DNA of 64,000 nt from Bacteroidaceae bacterium (GTDB lineage: Bacteria > Bacteroidota > Bacteroidia > Bacteroidales > Bacteroidaceae). Below the pieces are notes generated by a model. That model was not told the origin of the DNA. It was given only the letters and a program-made list of their open reading frames with translations, and did not search any database. The position numbers and the translations under genes were made by a program. Within the stretch, counting starts at the first letter, position 1. Every line of letters begins with the position of its first letter. Location of the stretch: contig CAVINS010000001.1 of NCBI GenBank assembly GCA_963643925.1, positions 27,568 through 91,567 of the forward strand, in the 5' to 3' direction. Positions 9,684 to 18,073 of this stretch are shown here, piece after piece.

Positions 9684-10193
9684 TTATTTACGTATTAGAT
9701 AGTTGATAAACAGATATCCTCCAAAGATTTGCAACAGCATGCCCGGGATGGCTATGCGGAAGTCCTGCAGGGCGGCATAGAGGCTGCCGCACCAAGCCCA
9801 CTCGAAGAGGGTGCCCGTGAGTTGGTAGAAGAGCACCACGCCCAGCAGCAAGGCTACCGTAGCTTTGTGGTAGCGGTGGGCGGCCCAGCCACATCCTGCA
9901 GCCAACAGACCCGACTTCACCGCAATGGCCGGCACCACTGACAGGGCCGGCATGCCGAACAGCAACGAGTTGACGAGGGGAGAAGTCAGGGCGGTGAGCA
10001 GACCCACCTTCCATCCGTACTTGTAGGCACCGATGAGGGTGAAGAAGTAGATGGGCAACCACGTCTTTCCGCCCATAGGGATGAGGTGGAAGAGCTGCGG
10101 CAACGCCACGTTGCCCACGATGAACAGCAGAGCCAGCAGGTAGGTGCGGCTCTCCGTATAGTTATAACTGTAGAGTTTTACTGATGTTTGCAT
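9684..10193 (-). CDS. Small polytopic membrane protein (ECF-transporter S-component-like), function unknown
   Basis: 169 aa with 5-6 hydrophobic segments. Its stop is 2 nt before the tatA start. No EcfA/EcfT genes are nearby. The family call is from memory. Confidence 0.6.
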   Translation of the reverse strand: MQTSVKLYSYNYTESRTYLLALLFIVGNVALPQLFHLIPMGGKTWLPIYFFTLIGAYKYGWKVGLLTALTSPLVNSLLFGMPALSVVPAIAVKSGLLAAGCGWAAHRYHKATVALLLGVVLFYQLTGTLFEWAWCGSLYAALQDFRIAIPGMLLQIFGGYLFINYLIRK

Positions 10194-10263
10194 ATTGTTG
10201 TTACTTATTAGTTATTACGTGTTTTTTATTCCGTTCGCCAAGCCTAAGTCTCCTATTAGTCTC

Positions 10264-10689
10264 TTAGACCTTTAGACTTTTAGTCTTTTGCATGAACTCC
10301 TTCACCTGCTGCCGACACTCCTCAGCCGTGCGGCACTCCCGGCAGCGGGTTTCCATAGGGCACCATCCCGTGTGGGCACGGTTGATGATGTGGTCCACCC
10401 GTTGCGTGTAGTGCACCGCCATAGGTGACTGTTGCAACAGTTCCAGTGCCAGGTCGCTGATGACATCGGCATAGAGCTCCGTCACTCCGCCTAGCATCAT
10501 CAGGCTGGCAGCGGCTTTGCCCACTACCTTGTCCGCCACAGTGGCTCCCCGCAGCAGTTGAGGCTCTTCGGCCAACAGACTGTGGAGGTCCGCCACGCCG
10601 CGGTTGTCGAAGCAACGCACGGTCTCCCCTTGGCGCACCACCAATGAGTGGGGCCCTTGGTGCAACAGTTCGGTCAGTTCGCTCGTCAT
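10264..10689 (-). CDS. DUF1893 (TM1506-like) domain protein
   Basis: ATG at 10689 (MTSELTELLHQGPHSLVV...) overlaps the upstream stop as ATGA. The C-terminal cysteine cluster is CPMETRCRECRTAEEC. The upstream part of ORF 10264..10791 lies inside the preceding gene. Confidence 0.8.
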   Translation of the reverse strand: MTSELTELLHQGPHSLVVRQGETVRCFDNRGVADLHSLLAEEPQLLRGATVADKVVGKAAASLMMLGGVTELYADVISDLALELLQQSPMAVHYTQRVDHIINRAHTGWCPMETRCRECRTAEECRQQVKEFMQKTKSLKV

Positions 10690-12104
10690 ACCGTGGGGTC
10701 TTGTTTCAGTTCTTCCACAAAGTCGTTCACGCGCTTCATCTCCTGCGGGATGCGGATGCGCTGTGGGCAATGGCTCACACACTGGCCGCAACCGATGCAG
10801 TGACTGGCCTGGCGCAGACGCGGCACACTGCGGTCGTACCCGATGAGGAACGCCCGGCGTGCCCGGCGGAAGTCAGGATGCTCGTTCCCCTTGTTGGGCA
10901 TGTTTCCCTCCTTGATGCACCGGTTGTAGTGCGCGAAGATGGCGGGTATGTTGATGCCGTAAGGGCAAGGCATGCAGTAGTTGCACTCGTTGCAGGGAAT
11001 GGTCTTCAGGTTGTAGATGTCGTTGGCAATCTCCATCAGGAAGGCGTTCTCCTCGTCGTTGAGCGGTTTCAGTGGCGAATAGGTGCAGAGGTTGTCCTTC
11101 AGGTGCTCCATGTAGGTCATGCCGCTGAGCACTGTCAGCACTCCGTCTGGTGTGCCGGCAAAGCGGAAGGCCCAGCTGGCCACGCTCTGTTCCGGCTCGC
11201 GTTGTTTCATCTTCGCCACGATGGGGTCGGGCACCTTGGAAAGGCGTCCGCCCAACAGCGGCTCCATGATGACGGCAGGGATACCTCTCTTCTTTAGCTC
11301 ACCATAGAGATATACGGCATCCGTGTTGCGGTCGTTTATTTCGTCGGCATAGTTCCAGTCGAGATAGTTGAGCTCTATCTGCACGAAGTCCCAGTGGTAG
11401 CGGCCCTCGTCGTGCCATTGTAGGGCGAGGTCGAATATCTTGATGTCGCCGTGGTACGAGAAGCCGAGGTTGCGGATGCGTCCCTTCTGCTTCTGCTCCA
11501 CCAACCAGTCCAGAATGCCGTTGTCCATATAGCGGGCGTTGAAGTCCTTCAGTGCGTCGTTGCCCATGCCGATGCCGTGGAGCAGTAGGTAGTCCACATA
11601 GTCCACCTGCAGCTCCTTGAGCGAGGTCTCGAACATGTCGATGGATGCCTGCCGGGTCCACGTGGCGGGTGAGAAGTTGGACAACTTGGTGGCCACGTAA
11701 TAGCTCTCCCGCGGGTGACGGCTGAGGGCGATGCCGGTGCTGCGCTCCGACAGTCCGCGGCAGTAGGCGGGGGAGGTGTCGAAGTAGTTCACGCCATGCT
11801 CCAGGGCATAGTCCACCTCTTGGTTCACCATCTCCTGGTCTATCTCGCTACTTTGTTTCTCTCCGTTCACCTCTTCCTCTTTCATGGGCAGTCGCATCAT
11901 GCCGTAGCCGAGTATCGACACACGGTCCTGCGTGTTGGGGTTCACCCGATAGGTCATCTGGCCGACAGGCGGCTCGTGGGGGGTGAAGGTGTCCGTGATG
12001 TTTGTCTTGCCCTTGCAGCCAGGCAACAGGGAGAGCGATGTGGCAGCCACGGCTCCGCTGCCCAGCATCTTCAGAAACTTTCTTCTGTCTATATCTTTCT
12101 TCAT
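10686..12104 (-). CDS. Aldo-keto reductase fused to a C-terminal 4Fe-4S ferredoxin-type domain, with a twin-arginine lipoprotein signal peptide
   Basis: N-terminus MKKDIDRRKFLKMLGSGAVAATSLSLLPGC combines a Tat motif RRKFLK with a lipobox. AKR motifs are present: YFDTSPAYCRG, YVATKLS, LLLHGIG. Cys motifs are CNECNYCMPCP and CIGCGQCVSHCP. Confidence 0.9.
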   Translation of the reverse strand: MKKDIDRRKFLKMLGSGAVAATSLSLLPGCKGKTNITDTFTPHEPPVGQMTYRVNPNTQDRVSILGYGMMRLPMKEEEVNGEKQSSEIDQEMVNQEVDYALEHGVNYFDTSPAYCRGLSERSTGIALSRHPRESYYVATKLSNFSPATWTRQASIDMFETSLKELQVDYVDYLLLHGIGMGNDALKDFNARYMDNGILDWLVEQKQKGRIRNLGFSYHGDIKIFDLALQWHDEGRYHWDFVQIELNYLDWNYADEINDRNTDAVYLYGELKKRGIPAVIMEPLLGGRLSKVPDPIVAKMKQREPEQSVASWAFRFAGTPDGVLTVLSGMTYMEHLKDNLCTYSPLKPLNDEENAFLMEIANDIYNLKTIPCNECNYCMPCPYGINIPAIFAHYNRCIKEGNMPNKGNEHPDFRRARRAFLIGYDRSVPRLRQASHCIGCGQCVSHCPQRIRIPQEMKRVNDFVEELKQDPTV

Positions 12105-12128
12105 AATAGTCGTCTTTAGAGGGGTGGG

Positions 12129-13718
12129 TTATACAATACGGTGCTTCTCGTGACCTTCCACATAGATGGCGCTGAACGGACGGGCGGGGCAGAGGTTCTC
12201 GCATGCTCCGCAACCGATGCAACGCTCGGCGTTGACCACTGGTATCAAGGGCGACTGTTCGTCGTTGGGGTCGGAGTTGACCATGGAGATGGCCATCGTG
12301 GGGCAGTGGCGCGCACAGTTGCCACAGGCCACCCCATCCGTCAGCGGGATGCAGTTCTTGCGCACCCACACGGCGTGGCCAATCTGTATGGCGGTCTTGT
12401 CCGCCCGTGTGATGGGCTTGATGGCTCCGGTGGGGCACACCTCGCCACACTTCGTGCACTCCGGTCGGCAGTAGCCACGCTCGTACGACATGGTGGGTTG
12501 CATCAGTGTCATCAGTCGGGTGGAGGGGCGCAACACATCGTTGGGACACACCGTCACGCAGAGTTGGCAGGCGGTGCAGTGCTGCGTCATGTTGTTGGCA
12601 GAGAGCGATCCAGGTGGGGTAAGCGGTGTTTCCCGATGCGGTGCTATCTTGTCCTCGATGGCTGCCAGTCCGCCGTCCACTTTCTTCTGTTCCTGTGCCA
12701 GTGCGATGGTGGTGGCGGTCATGGCGGTGCCGATGACGAAGGTTCGTCGGCCGGTGTCTATCGTTTCGTTCGTGGTCTTTGGGGGTTCGGTAGCTCCTGC
12801 GTTCTCCTTATTTAGTAGGTTTGCTTTGTTCACGGGCTCTGCCGATGTGGGTTGAGGCTCCGCTTCCGCCATCGCTACCGGTTGCACGCCACCCTTGGGG
12901 TGACCGAAGGAGATGGCTCCCTTGTGGCACACACCGATGCAGTTGCCACAGGTCACGCAACGGGAGTAGTCCACCGCATGGTTCTTGCTGTCGATGCACG
13001 CCGCCTTGCAGCTGCGCTCACATAGTCCGCATTGGTTGCACTTGGTGGTGTCCACATGAATCTTCAACCATGAGAAGTGCGCGAAGAAGCTCAGCACCGT
13101 GCCCACTGGGCAGATGGTGTTGCAGTAGGTGCGGCCGCCTCGCCATGCCAACACGATGAGCACCACGAAGGTGACGGTGGCTATGACGAATGTGGGCAGA
13201 CTGCGCATCCACACCTCCTTCCCGTATAAGTCGTAGCTGTCTGCGCGCTCGGCCAGATAGGCCAATCCGTTGTTGCCCCAGTCGTAGAGCGGAGCGAACA
13301 GGTTCTGCACGATGCGCCCATAGGAACTGTAAGGTGCCAGCAGCGCTACAAACGAGCCGATGCCGGTGATGATGGCAACTACGAACAGTGCCAGCACCGT
13401 GTAGCGCAACCAGCGCTTGGCTGGACTGTAGCCGAAGCGATACTTCTTCTTTTTGCGTCTCCCGCTGATGGCGGAGACCACATCCTGGAATATGCCCAAC
13501 GGGCAGATGACCGAGCAGTAGATGCGTCCGAAGACGAGGGTCAAGGCGAGCAGACACAGTATCACGCCCACGTTTAGTGCCAGCATGGCGGGCAAGAACT
13601 GAATCTTTGCCAACCATCCGAACCACGCATGCAGTGTACCGGTGAAGTCGAGAAACAGTGCCGTGATGAGCAGCAGTGCCACCACGGCCAATGTTAGTCT
13701 GATTTTACGTAACGTCAT
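12129..13718 (-). CDS. Membrane polyferredoxin: a NapH-like 4-TM module fused to a NapG-like four-cluster ferredoxin module
   Basis: Two CxxCP motifs follow TM helices (RIYCSVICPLG, RTYCNTICPVG). Six Cys-cluster motifs are present (CNQCGLCERSC, CVTCGNCIGVC, CTACQLCVTVCP, CRPECTKCGEVCP, CGNCARHCP, CIGCGACENLCP). There is an internal TGRRTFVIGTAMTATTIALA segment. The ORF-track start at 13769 is TTG and lies inside the -7 box, so the ATG at 13718 (MTLRKIRL) is preferred. Confidence 0.9.
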   Translation of the reverse strand: MTLRKIRLTLAVVALLLITALFLDFTGTLHAWFGWLAKIQFLPAMLALNVGVILCLLALTLVFGRIYCSVICPLGIFQDVVSAISGRRKKKKYRFGYSPAKRWLRYTVLALFVVAIITGIGSFVALLAPYSSYGRIVQNLFAPLYDWGNNGLAYLAERADSYDLYGKEVWMRSLPTFVIATVTFVVLIVLAWRGGRTYCNTICPVGTVLSFFAHFSWLKIHVDTTKCNQCGLCERSCKAACIDSKNHAVDYSRCVTCGNCIGVCHKGAISFGHPKGGVQPVAMAEAEPQPTSAEPVNKANLLNKENAGATEPPKTTNETIDTGRRTFVIGTAMTATTIALAQEQKKVDGGLAAIEDKIAPHRETPLTPPGSLSANNMTQHCTACQLCVTVCPNDVLRPSTRLMTLMQPTMSYERGYCRPECTKCGEVCPTGAIKPITRADKTAIQIGHAVWVRKNCIPLTDGVACGNCARHCPTMAISMVNSDPNDEQSPLIPVVNAERCIGCGACENLCPARPFSAIYVEGHEKHRIV

Positions 13719-13766
13719 AAATAATAGGTTTGTCAGTATAATTAAGTATTGTAAGTTAGTCGAAAG

Positions 13767-13774
13767 CAAAGGTA
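13767..13774 (-). promoter_or_regulatory. -7 box TACCTTTG (minus strand) for the polyferredoxin-AKR-tatAC operon
   Basis: Plus strand reads CAAAGGTA, about 50 nt upstream of the ATG at 13718. Confidence 0.5.
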
Positions 13775-13880
13775 CAACAATTTACGGAATCTCCCCTGTA
13801 TCCCGTTTACTGAATTTATTACCCCGATTACCGCCCCGGAGTCCTCATGGCTGTGTGGTGACCGCCATCAAGAGACATCT

Positions 13881-15347
13881 TTACACCTTGCGGCATTGGA
13901 TGAGGGCCTTCTCGCCCGAGGCGAGTGTGGTGGCGAAGAGGTAGGTGTCGCCTCCGTCCGCTAGATGGAGCTTCTTGCGCAGGTCGTTCACCGAGGCGGG
14001 GAAGTTGCGGATGGTCACATTGGCCTGTCTCAATGTCGACAAGGCTTTCAGCTCTTTCTTGCTGAAGCCCCAGGTCTGTTCTATGGTGAAGCAACGACCG
14101 GGAAAATCGGGTAGGAGGGTGTCGCCGGTGTAGAGATGACTGTTGGGGTGCAGCTTCTGCAGCCCGTAGCGCAAGCCTGCGCTGTGGTAAGCCCCGGCCT
14201 TCAACAACGAGGCATTCGGCTCATAGAGGTAATGGCCCACCGTGTCGGCATAAGTGGTAGTGACGGAAGACTCCTCGCGGGGCTTGAAACTGAACGATGA
14301 ACAATAGACTTCTGCCCCGTTCGGTAATATAAATAATGGTACTATGCCGTGGCTGCTCGTCGAATCGTCCTTCGAACAGGCGTCTGCTCCCGTATCAATG
14401 GCCTTTCCCACGGATACTGAGGGATGTCCTTGCCGGGGAGTAAGATTGACGCAGTGTATCTGTGGCTCATCGGTTGAGGCTTTGCCTGAGGAGAGGCGGA
14501 GCAACAGCTCCTTGCACTCATTCTGCACCGATATGACGTAGACATCTGTGATGGCGGTGAGGCTGCGTAGAGCTTGGGTAATGTCCAGCATCGGGGAGAG
14601 TTTGATGAGTATGGTCTCACCTTTCTGCAACAACAGGGACTCCAGTTGGCAGATGTCTGGTTCGCAGTCGGCAATGGCTACAGTCTTCCGTCCATGCACA
14701 TCCCTACGGGCAGGGTCGACGAAGAGGCAGTCCACCTTCTCCATTTGTTGCAGATACTCCGCGCAGTCGGCGTTCACTACCTCGATGGTGGTGGCTCCCA
14801 GTACATCCTTCTTCTCCATTCGCTGTAGATACTTCGTACAGTCAGGATTCACCACCTCGTTGGCTTTCTTTTCGGTTTCCTCCGTCGCCAATTCTTTTGG
14901 ATAGCAAACGGTCTTACCGGAGAGTTCTATCTCTCCCTCTGAGGTGATGCGGTTCAGCAATAAGGGGAAGTTATGACGTGCAATGTCGCAGAGCAGGGAT
15001 TGCCGTTCCACATATGTGGCCTTGCGGAACCGGGTAGAGAGGAAGAAACAGTCTACCCCGAAGCCGGCGGTAAGGTCGGTGAAACTCTCGCCGCTGACGA
15101 GGGTGGCTTTGTAGCGTGCGGTAATCTCCGATGAGCATTGCTCCAGCGGCAAGTGTGGCGCATAGAGGATACCGTCCGTCATGCCCCATGTGGGCAGTTT
15201 ATGGCGTGCCGTCTGTCGCCCCGCTATCTGTGTGAGGGCAAGAGGCAGGTCCACACCCTTCTTCCGCTTTGCCTTCAGGGCCAGCGCCCGTACGTCCGCC
15301 TTTGCGTTACGCTCGATGAAATCGATAGTTTCTGCCGACAGTTCCAT
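13881..15347 (-). CDS. Class I SAM-dependent methyltransferase (THUMP-like/PG_1098-type family) carrying a 25-aa internal duplication
   Basis: N-terminus MELSAETIDFIERNAKADVRALALKAKRKKG and motif LFVDPARR. The ATG at 15347 is preferred because a -7 box lies at 15377-15384, downstream of the first ATG at 15398. Confidence 0.85.
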   Translation of the reverse strand: MELSAETIDFIERNAKADVRALALKAKRKKGVDLPLALTQIAGRQTARHKLPTWGMTDGILYAPHLPLEQCSSEITARYKATLVSGESFTDLTAGFGVDCFFLSTRFRKATYVERQSLLCDIARHNFPLLLNRITSEGEIELSGKTVCYPKELATEETEKKANEVVNPDCTKYLQRMEKKDVLGATTIEVVNADCAEYLQQMEKVDCLFVDPARRDVHGRKTVAIADCEPDICQLESLLLQKGETILIKLSPMLDITQALRSLTAITDVYVISVQNECKELLLRLSSGKASTDEPQIHCVNLTPRQGHPSVSVGKAIDTGADACSKDDSTSSHGIVPLFILPNGAEVYCSSFSFKPREESSVTTTYADTVGHYLYEPNASLLKAGAYHSAGLRYGLQKLHPNSHLYTGDTLLPDFPGRCFTIEQTWGFSKKELKALSTLRQANVTIRNFPASVNDLRKKLHLADGGDTYLFATTLASGEKALIQCRKV

Positions 15348-15376
15348 ATTCCTTGTCAATATGTTGTTTCGGAGAA

Positions 15377-15384
15377 CAAAGGTA
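15377..15384 (-). promoter_or_regulatory. -7 box TACCTTTG (minus strand) for the methyltransferase, just downstream of the ccsBA stop codon (15391-15393)
   Basis: Plus strand reads CAAAGGTA, 30 nt upstream of the ATG at 15347. Confidence 0.4.
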
Positions 15385-15390
15385 ATGCTT

Positions 15391-17862
15391 TTACGCATAA
15401 CTGTGCATACCGCCGAGGAGGAAGTTCACGCCGAAGTAGGTGACGAGTACACTCAGGAAGGCGATTACGGTGAACAGGTGGAAGAACAGAGGACGACGGA
15501 ACCAGCTCAGCGAGGCGGTATGGAGTGCCGAGGCATAGATGAGCAGTGTGATGAGGGCCCACACCTCCTTGGGGTCCCAGCCCCAATAGCGGCCCCACGA
15601 CACGTTGGCCCACACGGCACCGATGAAGATGCCCGTGGCCAAGCAGAAGACAGCCGGATAGAGCAGTATGCGGCTCAGTACCTGCAGACGTTCTATCTCC
15701 TCGCGGTGTGCGCCCTTGGAACCGTAAAGCACCAGGGCAGTCACGCCATTGAACATCATGAAGGCCAGCAGGGCGTAGGCCACCATGATGACCATCACGT
15801 GGAAACTGAGTAGCGGCGACGAGAGTACAGGCATGAGTTGTGTAATCGGTGGATTGGCTTCGCCAAAACGTGCCACCATCAGTGCCAGGCCACAGAGCAG
15901 GAAACCAAATGCCATGGCTGTCCGGAACCGCCTGTACAGCACGTACGACAACAGCAACGCACATACCGCCATGCACTGCATCGTTTCGTAGCCGTCGGAC
16001 ATCGGCAGGTGATGACTGACATAGCCGCGCAGACAGAGCAATAGCAACAGGAATGCGCAGATGATGCCTCCGAGGAATTGCAATGTCAGGGAGATGATGG
16101 TTCCCTGGAGATTATCCCCCTTTTCATCGCTCCGTATGGATGTAGAGGTAGACTTTCCACCCCTGTCTTTTGAACCGGCTATCATCCTCCGGAGGTAGTA
16201 GACGAAGCTGACGATGCCCAGCAGAAGGCAGACGATGGCGATGGGCAGGTTTTGGTTGAGGCGGTTATAGAGCAGTTCGGCTTGGATGTGGCTCTCCGAA
16301 GGGAGCTGATTGCCTCCTTCCGTCTGTTGGAACTTGCGCAGTTTCCTTATCACCTCCAGTGTGCGGTCGGTGTTGTCCATGGCTATCTGCTCCCCGAGGT
16401 AACTCATACTTTTGTGGATGAAAAGGGCCTTTTCTGCTTCCATCGTTACAGGTAGTTGGTCGGCGGTGGAGTACCACCGTAGTGCCTGCGCACTGTCAGC
16501 CGGGCCGGGGAAGAGCTTCAGTAGACTGCCTGTGCAGACCATGCTCACGAGGTTGAACTTTTCGTTGGCCTCCTCCAGTGCCCGTTTGTCCTTCGGGTTG
16601 TCCGTGGTGCGCAGTGCCTGCTCCAGCTTATAGCCGTTGAGGTCTACAAAGTCGCGCAGGGAGGCGTAGCTGCCTTGCAGGCCCAGCAACGTACGCACCC
16701 GTTTGTTCTTGATGCGGATGATGGGTTCCTCCTTCCATTGGTCGTAGTAGAATACCCACCCGCTCAGTACCTGCTCTGCCGTCAGTCCGCGGTACGAACG
16801 CTTGCCGCAGAGTTTCATGGCGAAGTCCTGCGCCAATGTCTGCAGTGGGCAGACCCGCTCGTTGTAGTAGACGTAGAGACGTCCCCATTCCGTTGCCGTC
16901 TCTTTGGGGAGGGTTTTGGGGTGACTCGTCTTTCCTACCTTTATCCCATCCTCTATGGGATAACCGTCTGCACCTTCTTTAGTTTTATTCCCACTTGTTC
17001 CCATATAGGCCAGTAGGCCTCCCGTAGCTTCCGTCAGGTTTTCCATGGACTCCGAAGTGAGAGATGGGACGCTAATGGCGACAGCATGCCTTCTCATTTC
17101 CACAGCATGCCTTGTCGTTGCCGTAGCAAGGCTTGTTGTCAGCAGCAGAAGCAATGTGGCGAGTGAACCTTTACGCAGCAGCGGGTGACGGAGCAGTTGT
17201 CGGAACTGACTGCCTCGTTGGAAGAAGAAGGCCAGCATGCTGAGTAGCAGCAAGGCGTAGCCGGTGTAGGAGAGGAAGATGCCGTAGGGGTCGTGTGCCA
17301 CGGAGAGTGTAGTGCCACGACCGTCGCTGTCGTAGCTCGACTGGTAGAAGCGATAGTGGCGGTAACTGCAGATGTGGTTCATGGCGACCCGCTCCTCATG
17401 CCTCTCTCCGCCGTCGCTGATGATGAGTTCGCTCAAAAAGTCCATAGGTGCTTGCGTGCCTGGGTAGTAGTCGAGATGAAATGCTTTCAGTGTCAGACCG
17501 AAGGGTAGGGCGTGCGTTGCTCCGTCGCCATCGGTAAAGGTGCTGACCGCTTCCTCACCTTGACGCAGGTGGATGCTGCCGTGCTGCCCCGTGCAGTAGG
17601 TGGTGAGTCCGCCTAGCAGGATGACTCCAAAAGAGAGGTGCAAGGCGAAGGTGACGGCTTGCCGTTGTACCCCTCGCCGTAGCAGATAGCAGAGGCTACA
17701 CAGGGCGGCGATGCCCCACAGCACTACGAACAGAGGTGAACTGTAGACATGGTGCGTCACGAAGTCCGTGCCGTAGCATTTCTCCACCACCGTGGCACCT
17801 ATCAGTATCGCCACCAGCAAGGCGGTCAGTCCAAAAGAGAGCGTTTTCATCATTGTTTTCAT
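15391..17862 (-). CDS. ccsBA: System II cytochrome c synthase, fused CcsB(ResB)-CcsA
   Basis: 823 aa polytopic protein. The C-terminal Trp-rich WWD-type motif is WGRYWGWDPKEVWALITLLIY. The N-terminal half is ResB-like. Confidence 0.88.
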   Translation of the reverse strand: MKTMMKTLSFGLTALLVAILIGATVVEKCYGTDFVTHHVYSSPLFVVLWGIAALCSLCYLLRRGVQRQAVTFALHLSFGVILLGGLTTYCTGQHGSIHLRQGEEAVSTFTDGDGATHALPFGLTLKAFHLDYYPGTQAPMDFLSELIISDGGERHEERVAMNHICSYRHYRFYQSSYDSDGRGTTLSVAHDPYGIFLSYTGYALLLLSMLAFFFQRGSQFRQLLRHPLLRKGSLATLLLLLTTSLATATTRHAVEMRRHAVAISVPSLTSESMENLTEATGGLLAYMGTSGNKTKEGADGYPIEDGIKVGKTSHPKTLPKETATEWGRLYVYYNERVCPLQTLAQDFAMKLCGKRSYRGLTAEQVLSGWVFYYDQWKEEPIIRIKNKRVRTLLGLQGSYASLRDFVDLNGYKLEQALRTTDNPKDKRALEEANEKFNLVSMVCTGSLLKLFPGPADSAQALRWYSTADQLPVTMEAEKALFIHKSMSYLGEQIAMDNTDRTLEVIRKLRKFQQTEGGNQLPSESHIQAELLYNRLNQNLPIAIVCLLLGIVSFVYYLRRMIAGSKDRGGKSTSTSIRSDEKGDNLQGTIISLTLQFLGGIICAFLLLLLCLRGYVSHHLPMSDGYETMQCMAVCALLLSYVLYRRFRTAMAFGFLLCGLALMVARFGEANPPITQLMPVLSSPLLSFHVMVIMVAYALLAFMMFNGVTALVLYGSKGAHREEIERLQVLSRILLYPAVFCLATGIFIGAVWANVSWGRYWGWDPKEVWALITLLIYASALHTASLSWFRRPLFFHLFTVIAFLSVLVTYFGVNFLLGGMHSYA

Positions 17863-18005
17863 TGTTACGTTAGCGTCCCCGTGCGAAGAGCGGGGAAGTG
17901 AATAGTGTCGATATATCCTGCAGTATAGTGTTCGGTGTATGTCACCAGGAGTCTGACCTGGGAAGACTCCTTATACCTATATATATAATAAGGTATAGAA
18001 GAAAA

Positions 18006-18054
18006 GAGGTTGGGGACGAGTTCCTCCTTTCGGACGGACACGTTTCCCAACCTC
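18006..18054 (-). terminator. Long stem-loop downstream of the di-haem gene (terminator or attenuator before ccsBA)
   Basis: GAGGTTGGG (18006-18014) pairs with CCCAACCTC (18046-18054), and an inner imperfect stem surrounds TTTCGG. It lies in a 211-bp gap that also holds AGGAGTCT/AGACTCCT and TATACCT/AGGTATA stems. Confidence 0.5.
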
Positions 18055-18073
18055 TCGCATGTATAGATAAGAT

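Noticed and set aside
17081-17113. 12-nt direct repeat ACAGCATGCCTT x2 (21 bp apart) inside ccsBA, giving RHAVEMRRHAVAI
   Set aside because: It is a short low-complexity duplication in a variable periplasmic linker and has no evident functional implication.
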